Assembly (NCBI GenBank): GCA_963666345.1
Contig: OY762721.1
Span: forward strand, 3,296,001-3,360,000
Length of the DNA stretch: 64,000 bases
From: Desulfatiglandales bacterium
GTDB taxonomy: Bacteria; Desulfobacterota; DSM-4660; Desulfatiglandales; Desulfatiglandaceae
Reading direction: 5' to 3'
In this document: one piece after another, positions 59,815 through 64,000 of the stretch
Layout: each line of letters opens with the position of its first letter
Position numbering within the stretch: position 1 is the first letter of the stretch
Made by a program: the position numbers and the translations under genes
The notes under the pieces: model-generated
Told to the model about the DNA's origin: nothing
The model's database searches: none
The model's input: the letters and a program-made list of their open reading frames with translations, nothing else

Positions 59815-60694
59815 TCACCTGATAAAATCGAGGATGCTGTACAGCTATCTGCATGATCCATCCGCCATTATAGGCAGCCTTATCCTGGTGGTGTTCATCA
59901 CGGCCGCGATTCTGGCACCCTGGATCACCTCACATGACCCGTATGACCTGGAAAAAGTGTCTCTCGAGCATTTTCTGACCCCTCCGGTCTGGATGGAAGA
60001 AGGGATGGCGCAGTTTCCCCTGGGGACCGATGATCAGGGCCGCGGGATACTGAGCACCATAGTCTACGGGTGCAGGACATCCCTCATCGTGGGGTTCGGG
60101 GTGGTGCTCATCGCCGGCACATTCGGGATCTTCATGGGTCTGCTCGCAGGGTATTACGGGGGCTGGCTCGATTCCGTTACCATGCGGCTTGCCGACACCT
60201 TTTTTTCCTTTTCCACTACCCTGATGGCCTTTCTTCTCCTGGGCGTGTTTGGTCCCAAGGGAATCATGATAGTAATTATCGCCATTTGCATGGCGGACTG
60301 GGTTCGCTATGCCAGGACCATGCGAGGTAGCGTCCTTGAGGTCAAGGAAGAGGCATATGTCATGGCGGCCAGGGCAACCGGGGCAAAAGATCTGCGGATA
60401 CTACTGAGGCATATCCTGCCGAACGCCATTGCGCCCATCTTCGTGGTTATGGCGGTGGATCTGGCCGTGGTTATAATGCTTGAGGCAACGCTCAGTTTTC
60501 TGGGCGTGGGCGTGCCTCTTACAAAACCGTCTCTCGGCATGATGATAGCAATCGGCAAGAACTATATCTATGCGGGAATGTGGTGGATGATAGTCTTTCC
60601 CGGGGCCGCCCTCATTTTTCTGGTAGTGGGGATCAATCTCTTTGCCGACTGGCTGAGGGAGGAACTTAATCCCAAGATAGAACGCAAGGCCTGA
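59807..60694 (+). CDS. ABC transporter permease (DppC/OppC)
   Basis: LGTDDQGR, YG.R.SL, YVMAARATGA..ILLRHILPN, LSFLGVG. Confidence 0.95.
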   Translation: MNNHLIKSRMLYSYLHDPSAIIGSLILVVFITAAILAPWITSHDPYDLEKVSLEHFLTPPVWMEEGMAQFPLGTDDQGRGILSTIVYGCRTSLIVGFGVVLIAGTFGIFMGLLAGYYGGWLDSVTMRLADTFFSFSTTLMAFLLLGVFGPKGIMIVIIAICMADWVRYARTMRGSVLEVKEEAYVMAARATGAKDLRILLRHILPNAIAPIFVVMAVDLAVVIMLEATLSFLGVGVPLTKPSLGMMIAIGKNYIYAGMWWMIVFPGAALIFLVVGINLFADWLREELNPKIERKA

Positions 60695-60787
60695 AAGTGC
60701 CTAAAGTTTTGGCGCCGTTCCTGTGTATTTAGAAACGGCCCAATCCCTAAGACAGCCGATTGGATCTGATAGAAGGAAATAACCCTG

Positions 60788-62014
60788 ATGGATGATACCT
60801 TTATCTTTAAAAACGCCTTTATGATAGACGGAACCGGCGCAGACCCGGTACCGAATGCGGCCCTTGTCGTATCAGGCGGGACCATAAGGGAGATCCATCG
60901 GGCGGGGGAGAGAGGAAGTCTCCCTTCAGGAAGGGTCATTGACCTGAAGGGTCGGACGCTCATGCCGGGGTTGATTGATGCCCATGTCCATCCGGGCAAT
61001 GTGGAGTGGCGCCTTCCCGAGACGGTCCTGCTTCCCCCAGCCGTCTATGTCCATCGAGTCACAAGGACACTCAAGGCCGATCTCGCTTTAGGTTTTACCA
61101 CTCTCAGGGATGCGGCAGGCCTGGACCGCGGCTTCAGGGACGCAATCGATCAGGGGCTTATTGCGGGGCCTGATCTTCTTTTGAGCGTAACGCCCATATC
61201 TGAGGCAAAAGGAGTTGGAAAAGGGCCAAGTCCCAGAAACAGCATCGGTATCGGTAATGAGGTATGTGAAGGCCCCGACGAGGTGAAAGCGGCTGTTCGC
61301 AGGACCCTTAAACGGGGGGCGGATCATATCAAGGTCTTTGCGGACGGAGAGGTGGTATCCCAGTCGAAAACAGACAGGGCAAGGCCGGGTGAGCCAAAAT
61401 TTTCAGTTGAAGAACTTAAGGCGGCGGTAACCGAGGCGGAAGCCGCGGGCGCCTATGTCATGGCCCATACCTACGGCCCAAGGGCCATTCAAAACTGCCT
61501 TGAGGCGGGGGTTCGAAGCATCGAGCATGGCAATCTTATGGATTCTGAGACAGCCGAGATGATGCGGGCTAAGGGGGCCTTCTATGTCCCCACCCTGACC
61601 GTCTTTGACCTGGCTGTAAGGGAAGGCAGGGAAAATCTCGATTCATTCACCCTGGAGAAACTCGCAACAGTGGGGCACAGGGGGCTTGAGGCACTGGAAC
61701 TGGCTTACAGGGCGGGTGTGAAAATCGCGTCAGGCTCAGACATCATAGGACCCCTGCAACATCTTAAAGGAAGGGAACCGGCAATAAAGGGGGAAGTAAT
61801 GACCCCCATGGAGGTGATCGTTTCCGCCACCAGGACCAATTCTGAACTCATGGGCCTGTCCGATGTCACTGGGACCCTCGAGCCTGGAAAACTGGCCGAT
61901 CTGATCGTTATTGACGGAGATCCCCTCAGGGATCTTTCCCTTTTTGAGAAGGGCCTTGAAAAGGTCCTTCTTGTTATGAAAAAAGGACGGATCGAAAAAC
62001 AGATCCCGTTTTAG
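60788..62014 (+). CDS. Metal-dependent amidohydrolase (Xaa-Pro dipeptidase-like subgroup)
   Basis: MPGLIDAHVH, GFTTLRD, GADHIK, MAH, SIEHG, GSD, GKLAD. Confidence 0.9.
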   Translation: MDDTFIFKNAFMIDGTGADPVPNAALVVSGGTIREIHRAGERGSLPSGRVIDLKGRTLMPGLIDAHVHPGNVEWRLPETVLLPPAVYVHRVTRTLKADLALGFTTLRDAAGLDRGFRDAIDQGLIAGPDLLLSVTPISEAKGVGKGPSPRNSIGIGNEVCEGPDEVKAAVRRTLKRGADHIKVFADGEVVSQSKTDRARPGEPKFSVEELKAAVTEAEAAGAYVMAHTYGPRAIQNCLEAGVRSIEHGNLMDSETAEMMRAKGAFYVPTLTVFDLAVREGRENLDSFTLEKLATVGHRGLEALELAYRAGVKIASGSDIIGPLQHLKGREPAIKGEVMTPMEVIVSATRTNSELMGLSDVTGTLEPGKLADLIVIDGDPLRDLSLFEKGLEKVLLVMKKGRIEKQIPF

Positions 62015-62063
62015 ATCGCCATGGGCAGGGGCGCATTTTCCGCGCGTTTTTGTCCGGCCGCGA

Positions 62064-62531
62064 TCAGGCTGAATCCTCCTGATGCCTGCGACGGATCGAC
62101 TGGATCATCTCATCCAGCTGTTGAAGAAAACGTGACCGGTCACGCTTTTTTAACGGCGGGGGGCCGCCCGTTATCTCCCCCGCATCACGAAGCCCTGACA
62201 ACAGTTCCCTAGTCGCCAGGGCCTGACCGATGTTGTCTTCTGTGAACGGTTTTCCGGTTGTACCGATTACACCCGCGCCTTTTTCAAGGCATCGGCCCGC
62301 AAGCGGGATATCGGCTGTAACGACTATGTCGTGAGGTTGCACATGTTCGACAATCCAGTCATCGGCTTCGTCCGGCCCGGCCCCCACGACTTCAAGCGCG
62401 ATCCCCCTTTGATCAGGAATCCGCATCCATGAGTTGGCCACCAGTGTTACATCGAGGCGGCACCTGCCCGCCACCCGGTACACCTCCTGTTTGACCGGGC
62501 ACGCGTCCGCATCAATAAAGATATGAAGCAA
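62064..62531 (-). CDS. yaiI: YaiI/YqxD (DUF188) family protein
   Basis: IDADACPVK, ADDWI, VTADIPLA, GGPPP....R..F. Confidence 0.9.
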   Translation of the reverse strand: MLHIFIDADACPVKQEVYRVAGRCRLDVTLVANSWMRIPDQRGIALEVVGAGPDEADDWIVEHVQPHDIVVTADIPLAGRCLEKGAGVIGTTGKPFTEDNIGQALATRELLSGLRDAGEITGGPPPLKKRDRSRFLQQLDEMIQSIRRRHQEDSA

Positions 62532-62546
62532 ACGAAGATCCTCCTG

Positions 62547-63158
62547 TCAGCCCGGACCCGGTCCGGTTTTTATACTATTTAATTGCCTGTCGTGCAGTCT
62601 TGATAAAAGCATCAGTGCCAGAACCGCACCCAGAAGTGCCAGGCCCATATCCGACTGGGTGTCCCACACATAACCCTGCGTGCCTAAAAAGGCTTCAGCT
62701 GATTCATCCGTAAATATCGCAACCCACCATTCAATAAGTTCATAAAACGCGCTCAAGGCAAGGCAGCAGCATACAACGATAAAATTCCGCCACGCAATGC
62801 CGTTTATAACCGTTTTTCTGATAAATATTTCACGCGCTATAACAGCGGGAACAAAGCCCTGTGCGAAGTGCCCGACCTTGTCGTAATTGTTCCTTTCAAG
62901 CTCAAGACAGTCCCGTATCCAGTCAAACAGAGGGACCTCCGCATAGGTATAATGTCCGCCGACCATCAGAATAACGCAGTGAATCAGTATCAGGACGTAC
63001 GTAAGGTTTGTAAGGCGGAACCTCTTGTATGTCAAGGTCACTAAAATCAAACCTATAAGGGCGGGGGCCACTTCCAGAAACCAGATAAAATAGTCGTTGG
63101 GATCTATTGCCGACCATATCAGGACAATTAAAAATGTCGAAACCCAGGCTGTTTTCAT
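62547..63158 (-). CDS. DUF2238 (YjdF-like) inner membrane protein
   Basis: GGHYTYAEVP, RNNYDKVGHF, YELIEW, FLGTQGYVWDTQSDM. Confidence 0.88.
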   Translation of the reverse strand: MKTAWVSTFLIVLIWSAIDPNDYFIWFLEVAPALIGLILVTLTYKRFRLTNLTYVLILIHCVILMVGGHYTYAEVPLFDWIRDCLELERNNYDKVGHFAQGFVPAVIAREIFIRKTVINGIAWRNFIVVCCCLALSAFYELIEWWVAIFTDESAEAFLGTQGYVWDTQSDMGLALLGAVLALMLLSRLHDRQLNSIKTGPGPG

Positions 63159-63460
63159 CTGTTTATCCGCTGGAATTTAACCATGCTGCCTGCGGGCGGC
63201 AAGGATGCGATCAATCCTTCTGTAACCGCCCGGTCTGCCACAAAATAACGGCTAAGGCCCAGAATGAAACAAGAATAATTAATGGGGCCTGAGGTCCTTC
63301 AACTCATGCGATTTTTTTTCACAGTTTTGTCCATCTGCCGCTCTGTATCCGGAACTGTTGATGTGCCGCCGTGCGGCCCTTTCCGGGGTGGGGATTTCCT
63401 TTAATGGGTTAGGCTCACTCCCCTTACCAGCGGGTCAAGGCAAAAGCTGAACGGAGACTT

Positions 63461-64000
63461 TTATCCTTTTGGTTGTAAAAACCTTATCAGATTGTCGTTA
63501 AAATGCCGAGCCTGCTCGATATTGGAAAGATGGGCCGCATCAGGGATCACCACAAGACTCGAGCCTTTGATTTGCGCGTGCATGGCCTCGGATGCCGCCA
63601 CCGGTGTGCCCGGGTCATCGGCACCGACCATAATCAGGGTGGGAGCCTCAATGGCCGACAACCGGTTCAAATAATTGAGACGCCGTATGGCTTCACTGCA
63701 CCCAAGATAACCAGCCACAGGGGTGTCCAGGATCTGTTGCCTGACCTGCTTGATCCCGGGAGGGTTTTCTTTAAGATAATCGGGGGTAAACCAGCGCTCT
63801 AAAGTTGCCTCCGCAACCGCCTGCATGCCCCCCTTTTGCACGTCATCGCTACGTTTTTGCCAGAGGGGTTGGGCTTCATCGGGAATGATGGCGGCCGTAT
63901 CCGCTAAAACCAGACGCTCTATGCGCTGCGGGTGATCTAATGCCAGGCCCTGTCCGATCATGCCGCCCATAGACAGGCCGACCCAGTAGACCCTGTTTAA
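63461..64000 (-). CDS. Alpha/beta hydrolase, 3-oxoadipate enol-lactonase (PcaD)-like; 5' end outside window
   Basis: WVGLSMGGMIG nucleophile elbow, RWFT, G..D, AHLSNIEQ. Confidence 0.8.
   Translation of the reverse strand, partial: LNRVYWVGLSMGGMIGQGLALDHPQRIERLVLADTAAIIPDEAQPLWQKRSDDVQKGGMQAVAEATLERWFTPDYLKENPPGIKQVRQQILDTPVAGYLGCSEAIRRLNYLNRLSAIEAPTLIMVGADDPGTPVAASEAMHAQIKGSSLVVIPDAAHLSNIEQARHFNDNLIRFLQPKG

Overview
The window looks like ordinary chromosomal DNA from an anaerobic Desulfobacterota/deltaproteobacterium. This is inferred from gene content and style; no marker search was possible. Housekeeping genes: mtaB, a divergent kptA-like gene, pncB, pyrF, tRNA-Thr(CGT), rng, a TIGR03960-type radical SAM gene, pilC/pilS, recQ, a DEAD-box helicase and catalase. 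Metabolic modules: (i) biotin carrier + carboxyltransferase + split methylmalonyl-CoA mutase + MaoC hydratase; (ii) tartrate dehydrogenase + D-tartrate dehydratase; (iii) a cobalamin-riboswitch-controlled TonB receptor divergent from a cobT-cobS-cbiR-cobU cobamide-remodelling operon; (iv) an uncharacterised cluster made of an AprA/AsfA-like flavoprotein, a ferredoxin split by a GltD-like NAD(P)H module, a TctCBA transporter, an MmgE/PrpD enzyme and a GntR regulator; (v) a Dpp/Opp ABC transporter flanked by hydrolases. The non-coding DNA contains two copies of a transposase-less element (21349-21710 and 50975-51457). Each has imperfect TIRs and its own exact 8-bp target duplication, and carries a decayed four-helix-bundle gene between inverted 8-mer arrays; one copy is inserted exactly on the tarD start codon. 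Also present are a second MITE with a 6-bp TSD, scattered 7-9-mer arrays, an internally deleted alcohol dehydrogenase pseudogene and a probable attenuator upstream of the DEAD-box helicase. No CRISPR array, rRNA, prophage, integrase or intact transposase was seen. All family calls come from recognised motifs, not database searches.
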